The notes: generated by a model from the sequence alone, not told the origin. Shown: positions 19,930 through 29,981, counted from the first letter of the stretch. The stretch: 64,000 nt of DNA from a virus (IMGVR_UViG_3300027777_000001:10080-74079); one strand, 5' to 3'. Numbers and translations are program-made.

Positions 19930-21147
19930 ATGAGAACACTCAACGGCTCCTCAATTAACAGCACGCTTGCGCCTTCATGGGTTAAGCGTGCTTTGGTTGT
20001 GGCAGTCGTTGCAGCGGCCTCAGTTGTATCCACCAATTATGTACGTACAACCTTTGGGAATGTCAGCACTAGTGCTGTAGCTTCCTATGCGATTGTTCAT
20101 TCCCAGACCCATCAGGCTAGAGCTTCTGGTACGGCTTCAGCTGGAGTCTCGATTGCTCCCACATTCACAATGGCAGGGCGTGTCTCAGGACAAGCCTCTG
20201 CCTATGGTGTAGCACTAGTTCGACGCAACGTATTTGGTGAGGCAGGTGGTGATGCCAGAGCCTATGGTGAAGCCTTAACAGCTCAAGCCATTGGTAATGT
20301 ATCTAACCTGACTGCATCTAGCACGGTTGTCCTAGCCAATGCTCACAGGATTCGTCCTGCGAAGGGAATCAGCTATTCAATTAATAGTTCTATCCAAGCT
20401 GTGCCACATATCATAGTGGCTGCTCGGGTAGGAACCTCTTACGGACTCTCTGCTTACACACGTGCTGAAGCCAGTGTGAAGCGATCAGGCAATACTTACT
20501 TTAATCGTGATGGCTTCGTGCCTCTTGCTAAAGCAGGAGCTACTGGATACACCCTTCAAGATCGAACCAAGATCATTGCTACCTTTGGTGCCTTTGACTT
20601 TGCTCAATCAGTCGCATCGAGTCATGCTTTTGTATATCACCATGGCTTTGCGAATACGCTGTCTACCGCTACTGGAACGATTGCCTTAAGTACTCGCTTA
20701 GCCATTGGTCGAGCCAGTGGTACGGCTGCTGCCTCAGCTTCTTGTGTGGGAGTAAAGACTCGATACTCAGGTGCAACGTCTAACGCTACCAGCACCGCAT
20801 ACGCTCTTAAGAGCATCGCACGTTACTACCCTCGCCTGAGTATGTCTGCAGGAGCTACGGCTACTGTGCAGCCTCTGCGTACAGCGTATGCGTATGTGCC
20901 TATTACCCGTGGTGAGGCCACATCAAATACACCAGTCACAGGAAATCAATATCGAGCTACGGTTGCAAGTGCAGCTGCAGTAAGTGTTGTGGCAAAAGCA
21001 ACAGCGGTACGTCTGGGTCAAGTTCGAGCAACGGCTATGGTCATTAGCACTGAGATCTTTGCAGTGGCTAACTCGGATTCACTTGCTCCCCCATCACGTT
21101 ACATGAACGTGCCCTATGCCTCTCGGAGTATGGCACTCACCAGTTAG
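19930..21147 (+). CDS. Ala/Ser/Thr-rich virion structural protein
   Basis: 405 aa low-complexity beta-rich ORF in tail cluster. Confidence 0.6.
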   Translation: MRTLNGSSINSTLAPSWVKRALVVAVVAAASVVSTNYVRTTFGNVSTSAVASYAIVHSQTHQARASGTASAGVSIAPTFTMAGRVSGQASAYGVALVRRNVFGEAGGDARAYGEALTAQAIGNVSNLTASSTVVLANAHRIRPAKGISYSINSSIQAVPHIIVAARVGTSYGLSAYTRAEASVKRSGNTYFNRDGFVPLAKAGATGYTLQDRTKIIATFGAFDFAQSVASSHAFVYHHGFANTLSTATGTIALSTRLAIGRASGTAAASASCVGVKTRYSGATSNATSTAYALKSIARYYPRLSMSAGATATVQPLRTAYAYVPITRGEATSNTPVTGNQYRATVASAAAVSVVAKATAVRLGQVRATAMVISTEIFAVANSDSLAPPSRYMNVPYASRSMALTS

Positions 21148-21166
21148 TTTTTAAAAGGTAAGTGCG

Positions 21167-21445
21167 ATGAGACTAGGAACCTTCCCCAAGCAACCAATCG
21201 ATGTATTGGATTACGACATAGATTATGTCGCATGGTTGACTGTGGGTGACAACGTACAAAGTGCGGTGATCTTAGTTGAGCCAACAGGGTTAGTAGTGGA
21301 TGCCACATTCATCAATGATCCAAGGATCAAGATCTGGCTCTCAGGTGGAGCCAACTTAGTTACCTACAAAGTCACTGTAACCATGACCACAGCTGATGGA
21401 CGGATCAAGCAAGACGAGTTCCGTGTGAAAGTTAAAGACGTTTAA
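21167..21445 (+). CDS. Putative fibre-tail adaptor
   Basis: KQP.DVLDYDIDY..WL and IWLSGG motifs. Confidence 0.65.
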   Translation: MRLGTFPKQPIDVLDYDIDYVAWLTVGDNVQSAVILVEPTGLVVDATFINDPRIKIWLSGGANLVTYKVTVTMTTADGRIKQDEFRVKVKDV

Positions 21446-21456
21446 GGATAAAGGTA

Positions 21457-22506
21457 ATGACTCAACTCTTCACCAATAACGCTACCTCGGCTCTTGCTGC
21501 TACAACAACTACGACTGCAACAAGCCTAGTTCTTACCACTGGCTCAGGTGTTAAGTTCCCTGTGCTTGCTGGTGCAGACTTCTTCATGCTTACCTTGGTA
21601 GGATTGAACGCTGAGTTCAATGAATCAAGTTGGGAAGTGGTTAAGGTTACAGGTAGGTCTTCAGATACTCTGACAGTTGTACGAGCCCAAGACAACACTT
21701 CTGGTGTAGCTTGGACTTCAGGTACACGGGTTGAGCTTCGTGATACAGCAAATACTTTATCTGGCTTTGCACAGAACGTAGATAACTTATCTGGCTTAGC
21801 CAGTGCAGCCTCAGCAAGGGCAAATCTTGGTTTAGGTGCAGCTTATGGATATGCTGCTCTAGACTCAGGGAATAAGGTTCCATCAGCGAACCTTCCAAGC
21901 TATGTTGATGATGTGCTTGAGTATGCCAACCTTGCAGCATTCCCTGCGTCAGGTGAGACAGGCAAAATCTACACAGCGTTGGATACCAATAAGATCTATC
22001 GTTGGAGTGGATCTGCATACATTGTGATCTCAGATTCCCCTGGTTCAACAGACGTTGTTCCTGAGGGCTCGACCAACCTCTACTTCAGTGCTGCGAGAGC
22101 ATTGGCTGCAACGGTAGCCTCTTACCTAGGTCTTGCAGGAGGCACCCTTACAGGGGCTCTGATAGGCACAAGCATTACAGCTAAGAAGAATGTGTTGACA
22201 CCTGTAGCTTTGACAAGCTCAAGCGGATCCATTGCTGTAGATATGGTGGATAGTAATTTCACCCATACCCTCACAGAAAACACAGTCCTAGCCAACCCAA
22301 CCAACTTAGTCGCAGGACAATCAGGGCGCATCAAGTTTACGAACCATGCCTCTGCACCTAAGACTCTTGCATACGGTTCTTATTGGCTACCTGTAGGCGG
22401 AGTCGTGCAAGCCCTGACAGCCTCTAATAGCGCTGTCGATCTGCTTGTGTATGAAGTGGATTCGTCTACTACGATCACGTTTAAGCTGGTGAAGGATCGC
22501 AAATAA
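21457..22506 (+). CDS. Tail fibre protein
   Basis: FTNNA start, EVVKVTGRS.DTLTV.R, ARANLGL, LPSYVDDVLEY, EGSTNLYF modules. Confidence 0.75.
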   Translation: MTQLFTNNATSALAATTTTTATSLVLTTGSGVKFPVLAGADFFMLTLVGLNAEFNESSWEVVKVTGRSSDTLTVVRAQDNTSGVAWTSGTRVELRDTANTLSGFAQNVDNLSGLASAASARANLGLGAAYGYAALDSGNKVPSANLPSYVDDVLEYANLAAFPASGETGKIYTALDTNKIYRWSGSAYIVISDSPGSTDVVPEGSTNLYFSAARALAATVASYLGLAGGTLTGALIGTSITAKKNVLTPVALTSSSGSIAVDMVDSNFTHTLTENTVLANPTNLVAGQSGRIKFTNHASAPKTLAYGSYWLPVGGVVQALTASNSAVDLLVYEVDSSTTITFKLVKDRK

Positions 22507-24791
22507 TGACGCATCCTTTATTCTTGGCTGATGATGGTGATACAGGGTACAAACTTGCACGCTCGCTTAGGACGAGGGCGAGTGCGTCTGCGTATTTAAA
22601 TCGGACATTTGGTACGCCAACCAATCAAGCAAAATGGACATGGAGTGCTTGGGTCAAACTTGGGCAATTAGGTTCGTCTCAGGTTTTATTAAGTGGTAAT
22701 ACAGGTTCGACAGACACTACTACGTTTTATATGGCGTATGGTTCGGGCGGCAATTTATTTTTAAATGGTTCATCAACATCGTTTCGTCAAAGCAGTGCCG
22801 TTTACCGCGACCCTTCATCGTGGTATCACGTTGTTTTAGCTGTTGATACAACGCAAGCTACAGAAGCCAATAAATTATTGTTATGGATTAACGGTGTTGC
22901 TCAAACCTATGCTGCAACAAGTGCAATTACTACTTGCGGTTTAAACGCAAATGGTGCGACTGCAACTATTGGAAAATACTCGGCAGCAAGCAGCTCATAC
23001 TTTGATGGCTACATCACCGAAGTCAACTTCATCGACGGTCAAGCCCTAACCCCCTCATCATTCGGCTCAACCAACGCTCTCACAGGCGTATGGCAACCCG
23101 CACCCTATACGGGAACGTATGGAACCAATGGCACCCATCTTGAGTTCAAAGACAATAGCTCGCTGACTACATCATCGAATGTAGGCTTGGGTAAAGACAC
23201 TAGTGGCAATGGCAATTACTGGACTACAAATAACATCAGCATCACGGCTGGTGTGACGTATGACTCCATGCTCGATGTGCCTACGCTGACGAGTGCGAGT
23301 GCGAGTAATTTTTGTGTATTTAACCCGCTAGATAAAGGCAGCGCACTTACTGTTTCAAACGGTAATTTGTCTATAACGGGTAGTGCTTCAAACAACAGTA
23401 TGGGAAAGAGTAGTTTTTGGGTTACTTCAGGAAAATGGTATTGGGAATCTACTGCTACCGCAGGAAGCCTTGGAGCAGTAGTTGGAATCGGAGGATTAAC
23501 TTTTTCTCAAATTCCTTGGTCTGGTGATATGTATGGCTATGATGCAAACGGAAACAAAATTGTTAACGGAACATCATCTGCATACGGATCGACTTACGCA
23601 GTCAATGACGTTATTGGGGTAGCTTTAGATTTAACCGCTGGAACTATTACATTTTATAAAAACAATGTATCGCAAGGTGCTATTACAGGCGTGTCAACTT
23701 CTTTACTCTGGACTCCATTTAATCATGCAAATAACGGAGTTACGGTTCATTGGAATATGGGTCAACGCCCTTTCACCTACACACCACCGTCAGGCTTCCT
23801 ATCTTTAAACTCGTTTAATTTACCTGATGCTGCCATCGTCAAGGGCAGCGATAGCATGAGCATCGCACTCGCTTCAGGTGCGACTATCAAAGCTACGACT
23901 GAAGCCCTGTACACAGGACAGTTTCTAGAGTGGATTAAAGACAGAGCAAACGCTAATAACCATCAGCTACTAGATGGTGTCAGAGGTTTATCCGCTGTCT
24001 TGCAATCCAATACCACGGCTGCTGAAACAACGTACACAGCACCATCAGGAAGCTCTGTAGGCTTCGCATGGAAAGCAGGGGCATCAGCGGTATCAAACAC
24101 CAACGGCTCAATCACATCGACTGTGAGCGTTAATGCGTCTGCGGGGTTTAGTGTTATAACTTTTAACGGCACAGGCGCAGCAGCTACGGTTGGGCATGGG
24201 TTGGGTGTTGCACCTGCGTTCTACATTGCTAAGTACCGTAGCGGTTCTGCACCAAACATTGCAGGGTGGGCTTGTTACCATAGCGCATTAACATCTGCCG
24301 CTTACCGTATTGATTTAAATTCAACAAGCGGTCAGATTAGCGACACCAACGCTTTTAACAGCACAGCCCCCACATCATCCGTATTAAGTATTGGTACAAA
24401 CTTGTCGGTTAGCAGTACGCCAATGGTTGCCTACTGCTGGACACCCATAGCCGGATACTCAGCGTTTGGTAGCTACACGGGTAATGGATCGGCTGACGGT
24501 GCTTTTATATATTTAGGATTTAGACCAAAGTTTGTGATGATTAAGGCAGCAACTGCCGTATCCGGTGGTGATTGGGTGTTAATTGACACTGCTAGAAACC
24601 CCAACAACGTAGCTGTTAATTGGCAATTCCCAAATGCTTCGACAGCCGAATCAAACTATGTGAACGTAGCTGACATACTTTCCAACGGTTTCAAAATTAG
24701 AGCTACTTGGGACACAATTAACGCACCTGGTGCGACATACATCTACATGGCGTTCGCAGAAAATCCCCTGAAGCACTCCCTCGCACGTTAA
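22506..24791 (+). CDS. Receptor-binding fibre with ConA/LamG and SPRY-like domains
   Basis: WTWSAWVK, WYHVVLAVD, KDTSGNGN.W, SGKWYWE, DVIGVALDL, GFRPKFVMIK. Confidence 0.75.
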   Translation: MTHPLFLADDGDTGYKLARSLRTRASASAYLNRTFGTPTNQAKWTWSAWVKLGQLGSSQVLLSGNTGSTDTTTFYMAYGSGGNLFLNGSSTSFRQSSAVYRDPSSWYHVVLAVDTTQATEANKLLLWINGVAQTYAATSAITTCGLNANGATATIGKYSAASSSYFDGYITEVNFIDGQALTPSSFGSTNALTGVWQPAPYTGTYGTNGTHLEFKDNSSLTTSSNVGLGKDTSGNGNYWTTNNISITAGVTYDSMLDVPTLTSASASNFCVFNPLDKGSALTVSNGNLSITGSASNNSMGKSSFWVTSGKWYWESTATAGSLGAVVGIGGLTFSQIPWSGDMYGYDANGNKIVNGTSSAYGSTYAVNDVIGVALDLTAGTITFYKNNVSQGAITGVSTSLLWTPFNHANNGVTVHWNMGQRPFTYTPPSGFLSLNSFNLPDAAIVKGSDSMSIALASGATIKATTEALYTGQFLEWIKDRANANNHQLLDGVRGLSAVLQSNTTAAETTYTAPSGSSVGFAWKAGASAVSNTNGSITSTVSVNASAGFSVITFNGTGAAATVGHGLGVAPAFYIAKYRSGSAPNIAGWACYHSALTSAAYRIDLNSTSGQISDTNAFNSTAPTSSVLSIGTNLSVSSTPMVAYCWTPIAGYSAFGSYTGNGSADGAFIYLGFRPKFVMIKAATAVSGGDWVLIDTARNPNNVAVNWQFPNASTAESNYVNVADILSNGFKIRATWDTINAPGATYIYMAFAENPLKHSLAR

Positions 24792-24801
24792 GGAAAAACA
24801 A

Positions 24802-25311
24802 ATGTTCGCAATTATTAAAGACAACGCTATCGCCCTTTTAGTACCCGCTGGCACAGCCTTCACATGGAACGATATTTCTTATCCTTCAAATTGGCTAAAC
24901 CTGTCTAGCCCCGAAGAGAAAGCAAACATCGGCATGGTCGATGTAATCCATGAAGCTCGCCCTGATGATCGCTACTACTGGATCACAGAGGCTTCCCCTG
25001 CGCTTGTAGATGGAGTCGTGAGGATTGGGTACACCTCTTCACCTAAAGAGCTTGTAGGGCTTCAGAAGCAGCTTACAGACGCTATTGATGAGAAGATTTA
25101 TCTCACCCTTAAAACGAGTGACTACATCATGGTTCGTAACTTCCAAGACGCTACCTATAAACCAGAGTGGATTGTGTGGCGTGATTCAGTCTTGAGTACA
25201 GGACGCACAGCTAAAGATGAAATCGCAGCAGCTACAACAGTAGAAGCGCTGATCGCTGTGGCTTGGGTGATTCCGAATAATCCTGATTATGTAGGGGCAG
25301 CTAATGTTTAA
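24802..25311 (+). CDS. Tail fibre assembly-like protein
   Basis: YPSNWL..S..EK..IG and DDRYYW motifs; follows fibre gene. Confidence 0.6.
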   Translation: MFAIIKDNAIALLVPAGTAFTWNDISYPSNWLNLSSPEEKANIGMVDVIHEARPDDRYYWITEASPALVDGVVRIGYTSSPKELVGLQKQLTDAIDEKIYLTLKTSDYIMVRNFQDATYKPEWIVWRDSVLSTGRTAKDEIAAATTVEALIAVAWVIPNNPDYVGAANV

Positions 25312-25924
25312 GTCAACGGTACTCTGGTTTGTGAAGTCGGTAGCCTTGATCGTGCTGACTATTCTGGCTTATCCCTTGGCTTATATCTTCGCCCTCTTCA
25401 TCGTGAAAGAAGAAGAGAGTGAAGTGACAGGCTTTCCCGCGCTTCATGTTGGTATGCCAAGAGATTTCCTAATCCCTAGCCTTCGTATCTGGCAGACCCC
25501 TGACGCACCTGTGGATGAATTATGGTACGCACAGGACTATGACGTATGGCCTGTTAAAGGTAAGACTCAGGCTGATTATGATTCATCTGCTTGGCTTCGT
25601 TACCTATGCCGTGTGACTTGGCTACAACGTAATGCAGCCTACGGATTTGGCTCAGCATGGGGTTATGACGTTACTGGAATGGTGCCTGTAACTACTCACG
25701 ATAATGAAGCCAAGTGGAGAACAGGTAATAACTGTTTTAGTTACTGGACGGTTATCAATGCTGCAGGGGACAAAGCATGGTGCATTCGTGCTCAGCTTTA
25801 TTACTGGAAGCCTCATTGCTTGGAAATCTATCTTGGTTACAAGATCCAAGGTGACACCATGGGTGGCAAGAAGTTGGTAGCGATTCAGTTCACTCCGTTT
25901 CGTTCTTATCCAGTGACAGCTTAA
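25304..25924 (+). CDS. Membrane-anchored hypothetical protein
   Basis: N-terminal TM segment, W.QTPD and WL.RN.AYGF motifs. Confidence 0.6.
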   Translation: MFKSTVLWFVKSVALIVLTILAYPLAYIFALFIVKEEESEVTGFPALHVGMPRDFLIPSLRIWQTPDAPVDELWYAQDYDVWPVKGKTQADYDSSAWLRYLCRVTWLQRNAAYGFGSAWGYDVTGMVPVTTHDNEAKWRTGNNCFSYWTVINAAGDKAWCIRAQLYYWKPHCLEIYLGYKIQGDTMGGKKLVAIQFTPFRSYPVTA

Positions 25925-25937
25925 CTAGGAGATCAAT

Positions 25938-26300
25938 ATGATCGGCAAGCTAATCGGTATCTTGTTTCTAAGTCGTGAGCTTGCTCATCGTATGCATTTG
26001 GCTACCAAGTCATATGCTCAGCATATGGCTTTAGATGGATTCTATAACGCTATCGTAGAGAACGCTGACAGCATCACAGAGGCTTACCAAGGCCGACATG
26101 GAATCATTGATAACATTCCCTTGCTTAAGGATGAAAGCGTTTACAAGGAGCCTTGCGATATGTTACGCAAGCATCTCTCTTGGTTTGAGAAGATTCGTTA
26201 TGAGGCTGTCGAGAAATCAGATAGCCCAATCCAGAACCTAATTGATGAAGCAGTGCACACTTACCTAGTTGCTTTATATAAGTTAGAAAACTTGAAGTAA
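25938..26300 (+). CDS. Ferritin/Dps-like four-helix protein (DUF5856-like)
   Basis: H..HL.T.SYA.H.AL..FY......D...E.YQG pattern; SD ggag. Confidence 0.75.
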   Translation: MIGKLIGILFLSRELAHRMHLATKSYAQHMALDGFYNAIVENADSITEAYQGRHGIIDNIPLLKDESVYKEPCDMLRKHLSWFEKIRYEAVEKSDSPIQNLIDEAVHTYLVALYKLENLK

Positions 26301-26409
26301 TCCGCACTATCCCCAAGACACGCTTGACACTTGGGAACCAGTAAAGATATTGCACGGAATCACAGAGATGGTCTGAGGCTTCCCAAGATGCAATTCTTAC
26401 TGGAACCAT

Positions 26410-26676
26410 ATGAAATTCAAAACTCCCCAAATTGTTTTAATTGAGTGGACAGATGCTGCCCATGAATTTGGTTGGATGGAAGGTAACGATGTCAATCCAG
26501 TTGATATTGATCTGACTTGTTTATCTGTAGGTTGGGTCTTGGCTAAGACCCCTAAGTACATTAAGTTATGCCAAACATATTCTGGCGATAACCACGCACA
26601 AACAATCGTCATTCCCCGAGCCATGGTAAAGAACATTACCTCAATGAAAAAAGAGGGAGTTCACCATGTTAAGTAA
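26410..26676 (+). CDS. Hypothetical protein
   Basis: IEW.DA...W, SVGW, IP..MV motif pattern. Confidence 0.7.
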   Translation: MKFKTPQIVLIEWTDAAHEFGWMEGNDVNPVDIDLTCLSVGWVLAKTPKYIKLCQTYSGDNHAQTIVIPRAMVKNITSMKKEGVHHVK

Positions 26677-27622
26677 GACTATGAAGTTACCCGTCAGTGA
26701 TGAGATCTTCCTTGAAGCTTGGCAACGTCTGGGTAGCTCAGATCTTGTAGCGACTGAGCTAGGGGTAGGAAGACGCTCTGTTCAACGTAGAAAGAAAACC
26801 ATGGAAGCTATTTATCCAGAGGCTCCTCGGGTTCAGACCCCTACTGTTCCTCACTTCTATCGTCGTGAGCATAATGCTCGAACAGACTGCACGTTAGAGA
26901 ATGGAATCATTATTGTAGGAAGTGATGTTCATAAATGGCCGGGCCCGAATACAGTGGCTCAACAGGCATTCATAAACGTCATTGCTGAGTTACGTCCCCA
27001 GATGGTTGTCATCAATGGTGATCTCTTTGATGGAGCTGGTGTATCACGCTGGCCTAAGTCTTCATTCGGACACAAGCTTCCAACGGTCAAAGAAGAGCTT
27101 GATGCAGTCCACAAGTATCTCTCTGAGATCGAAGCTGTAGCTCGGGGAGCTAAGCGTTGGTGGACGATAGGCAACCATGATATGCGGTTTGAATCCAGAC
27201 TGGCTAACTTGGTGCCTGAGTTTGAGGGAGTCCCTGGATTCTCTTTACAAGAACAGTTCCCTCTCTGGCCTATGTCTATGTCGATGATGGTCAACGACAA
27301 CGTGATGATCAAGCATCGCTTCAGGAACGGTCTTCATGCCACCTATAACAACACCTTGGTTTCAGGTAAGAACATCGTCACGGGGCATTTACACCGTCTC
27401 CAAGCCACGGTCTTTACGGACTATGACGGAAGTAGGTGGGGTATCGATACAGGCACTCTAGGGGACACAGATGGCCCTCAGATGAGCTATGGCGAAGATA
27501 ATCCTGCCAATCATTGTTCTGGTTTCGCAGTATTAACAATCGTGAATGGCAAGTTGATCCACCCTGAGTTCTGTGCAGTCCAAGGTGATCGGGCATTCTT
27601 CAGGGGCAAGGATGTGACATGA
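26666..27622 (+). CDS. Calcineurin-like metallophosphoesterase with N-terminal HTH
   Basis: SDVH, NGDLFD, GNHD, GHLH; N-terminal VATELGVGRRSV. Confidence 0.85.
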   Translation: MLSKTMKLPVSDEIFLEAWQRLGSSDLVATELGVGRRSVQRRKKTMEAIYPEAPRVQTPTVPHFYRREHNARTDCTLENGIIIVGSDVHKWPGPNTVAQQAFINVIAELRPQMVVINGDLFDGAGVSRWPKSSFGHKLPTVKEELDAVHKYLSEIEAVARGAKRWWTIGNHDMRFESRLANLVPEFEGVPGFSLQEQFPLWPMSMSMMVNDNVMIKHRFRNGLHATYNNTLVSGKNIVTGHLHRLQATVFTDYDGSRWGIDTGTLGDTDGPQMSYGEDNPANHCSGFAVLTIVNGKLIHPEFCAVQGDRAFFRGKDVT

Positions 27623-27945
27623 ATGATTCCTTTAATTTTCACGAAATAGGAGTCATCAAGATCATCAGCGGAGTGGTTGGCGCTCTTGTGTCTCTACGCT
27701 TCGTGCAAGGAACTTGGCTTGAGAAATCATTTATGGCATTAGGGGGAAGTTGCTTGTCTTACTTTGCAACCAGCCCTGTTGCAGCTTGGTTAGACATCAA
27801 TAATACCGAGGGTCTGATTGGATTCATCATCGGACTCTTTGGTATGTCTATCGTAGCTAAGGGCTATGAATTGATTCAAGTTGTGGATGCAAAGCAAGCC
27901 ATGGGAATCTTCCTAGACTGGCTTGCTCGTAAATGGAGAGCGTAA
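27619..27945 (+). CDS. Putative holin
   Basis: Three TM segments, basic C-terminus, upstream of spanins and endolysin. Confidence 0.6.
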   Translation: MNDSFNFHEIGVIKIISGVVGALVSLRFVQGTWLEKSFMALGGSCLSYFATSPVAAWLDINNTEGLIGFIIGLFGMSIVAKGYELIQVVDAKQAMGIFLDWLARKWRA

Positions 27946-28211
27946 TGGATGCTGTATTTATTATCGCTTTAATCATCACCTCAGCACTGACCTTTGCAGG
28001 TGTGCTAAGTAATTACTTAAATGATTCCTTACTTCAAAGGATTGGCTTAAGTCTGATTGGCTTGGCTTCAACAGTAAGACTCTGGGATGTGATCCAAGAA
28101 GCTCAAGAGTTTGATCTTGATCCAATCTCAGTGACCTTCCTTGTGGGTGTCGCAGTCTACGGACTTAGCACCATGGTTAAGTTAATTCGTAGACGCAGCA
28201 TTGATGGATGA
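27933..28211 (+). CDS. Membrane protein (holin/antiholin candidate)
   Basis: Three hydrophobic segments, basic C-terminus. Confidence 0.55.
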   Translation: MESVMDAVFIIALIITSALTFAGVLSNYLNDSLLQRIGLSLIGLASTVRLWDVIQEAQEFDLDPISVTFLVGVAVYGLSTMVKLIRRRSIDG

Positions 28212-28449
28212 CACAACAGAAGTGTTGCTTGATCCAGTCATTGAAGTGGATCGTTGGAAGAACAGACGCAAGATGTCTTGGTTAGCCATGATCGCTGGTT
28301 TGTTATTCCCGCTTCTCCTGTTTACTAACTCTCCCCACTTGGGAGTCATTGCAGGGCCCTTCTATGTTTTTGTGGGGCTCGTAGTCACAGCCTACATCGG
28401 TGGTGCAGTGATCGATGATAAATGGAGTAGAGATAATGTTCGACATTAA
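28201..28449 (+). CDS. Membrane protein (holin-like)
   Basis: RWKNRRKM then two TM segments, YIGGA..DD. Confidence 0.55.
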   Translation: MMDDTTEVLLDPVIEVDRWKNRRKMSWLAMIAGLLFPLLLFTNSPHLGVIAGPFYVFVGLVVTAYIGGAVIDDKWSRDNVRH

Positions 28450-28939
28450 GATTTTTATCATTGGCTGTGGGATTGCCTTTGTTTCCGGCACAACCCTATC
28501 TTGGTGGCTGACTGCCGACTACAAGAATGCCAAGTTTGCAGAGACGATCTCCACCATTCGACTAGACGCTGCAGAAGCTGTACGTCTAGCAACGAATAAG
28601 GCTCGATCTATTGATGCAGAAAACTCCCGTATCGCAACCGAATTAGAGGTGGCTCATAATGAATTTAGACAGAATCTTGATACCGTTAAAGCTGACAATG
28701 CTCGTCTTGTTAGTGAGCTTGGGGGCTTGTACGACAGTCACGCCGCCGCAAGTAATAGCAACGTGCCCAGTTCCACCACCCCCTCCAGCAGCGCTCCTGT
28801 CGCCCCCACCACAGGCAAACTTTCAAGAGAACTTACGCAGCTACTTCTTTCCGAATCAGCAAGGGCAGACGAAGCTGCAGCCTACGCCCGTACCTGCTAC
28901 GACTTTTTCCAAGTAAGGAAGAACAATGTACCTAACTAA
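28436..28939 (+). CDS. Inner-membrane spanin (Rz-like)
   Basis: N-terminal TM, coiled-coil, C-terminal RADE...C; contains embedded lipoprotein ORF. Confidence 0.75.
   Translation: MFDIKIFIIGCGIAFVSGTTLSWWLTADYKNAKFAETISTIRLDAAEAVRLATNKARSIDAENSRIATELEVAHNEFRQNLDTVKADNARLVSELGGLYDSHAAASNSNVPSSTTPSSSAPVAPTTGKLSRELTQLLLSESARADEAAAYARTCYDFFQVRKNNVPN
28659..28916 (+). CDS. Outer-membrane spanin (Rz1-like lipoprotein), embedded in +1 frame
   Basis: Lipobox LGAC, Pro-rich CPVPPPPPAALL. Confidence 0.75.
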   Translation: MNLDRILIPLKLTMLVLLVSLGACTTVTPPQVIATCPVPPPPPAALLSPPPQANFQENLRSYFFPNQQGQTKLQPTPVPATTFSK

Positions 28940-29543
28940 AGAAATGTTAGTAGCAGCAGATCTATGTAGCACAGCCAATGCAGCCTTGTATGAAGCTCCA
29001 CTCAATAACGTGTGTACTCGTTATGAGATCAATACTCCGTTAAGAATGGCAGGGTTCTTGTCTCAAATTGCACATGAATCTGGAGGCTTTACAGCTACGG
29101 TAGAAAACCTCTATTACCAAGCCTCAGCATTGAACCGGAGCTGGCCTCAGTTATTCCCTGGGGATGTGGCTCAACAGTACGCCATGCAGCCTGAGAGGAT
29201 TGCAAATAGAGCTTACGGGAACCGTATGGGTAACGGAGACGAAGCCAGTGGGGAGGGGTGGTTGTACAGAGGTCGGGGTCTTATTCAGCTGACTGGCAAA
29301 AATCAGTATCTCAATTTTGCTATGTCTGAGGATGTAGATACCTTGGTTCATCCTGAACTAGTCGAGCTTCCAGAGTTGGCTGCAATGTCTGCAGGATGGT
29401 TCTGGCACACCAATGACTTGAATACTCTGGCTGATTTGGGCTATGTAGAAGCCATGACCAGACGTATTAATGGAGGATTGAATGGGCTGGCTGATCGCCA
29501 AGCTAAGTACAACGCAGTCTTAAAAGTCTTAGCTTGGGAGTAG
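28926..29543 (+). CDS. Glycoside hydrolase family 19 endolysin
   Basis: FLSQIAHESG, YRGRGLIQLTG, TRRINGGLNGL.DR. Confidence 0.9.
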   Translation: MYLTKEMLVAADLCSTANAALYEAPLNNVCTRYEINTPLRMAGFLSQIAHESGGFTATVENLYYQASALNRSWPQLFPGDVAQQYAMQPERIANRAYGNRMGNGDEASGEGWLYRGRGLIQLTGKNQYLNFAMSEDVDTLVHPELVELPELAAMSAGWFWHTNDLNTLADLGYVEAMTRRINGGLNGLADRQAKYNAVLKVLAWE

Positions 29544-29547
29544 AACC

Positions 29548-29829
29548 ATGAAGATCTTGTTTGGATTACTGGTATTGCTTGGTTTAAATGTCTCAGCAGA
29601 GACGCTAGATAAGCCCGTACGGTGTGCATCCCTTGAGACCGTACAAGAGAAGATGAAAGAGTTTGGTGAGAGCGTACTCTGGACATCCCCAAGTGTCCTT
29701 GAGGAGTCTGATTACGCTTTCTACGGTAACCGTGAGACAGGCTCATGGTCACTGGTTCAGATCATTCATGGGATCGGTTGCTTGGTAGCTTTCGGTGAAG
29801 CAGGTAAGCAAGTCCGAGCAGGATCTTGA
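29548..29829 (+). CDS. Secreted hypothetical protein
   Basis: Signal peptide MKILFGLLVLLGLNVSA, two Cys. Confidence 0.7.
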   Translation: MKILFGLLVLLGLNVSAETLDKPVRCASLETVQEKMKEFGESVLWTSPSVLEESDYAFYGNRETGSWSLVQIIHGIGCLVAFGEAGKQVRAGS

Positions 29830-29900
29830 TTAGTCTGTGTGAATTGCGTGTGAATCCTGTGTGAATTCACACACCGCTTGGTACCGTTTAGTGGGGGTAG

Positions 29901-29940
29901 AAAAGAAAAACCGCTGTGCCTTCAAGGGGCTACAGCGGTT
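29901..29940 (-). terminator. Intrinsic terminator downstream of att core
   Basis: aaccgctgt...acagcggtt inverted repeat followed by U-rich tract on - strand. Confidence 0.7.
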
Positions 29941-29955
29941 AAAAGCGGTTTGTAA

Positions 29956-29981
29956 TGGTGGAGCCGGGGGGAATTGAACCC
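29956..29981 (-). other. att core: 3'-terminal fragment of tmRNA (ssrA) or tRNA-Ala
   Basis: Minus strand GGGTTCAATTCCCCCCGGCTCCACCA = T-loop, T-stem 3' side, alanyl-type acceptor strand and CCA; no 5' half present. Confidence 0.85.

Noticed and set aside
17230-25311. Diversity-generating retroelement or invertible tail-fibre switch
   Set aside because: No reverse transcriptase, invertase or template/variable repeat pair seen
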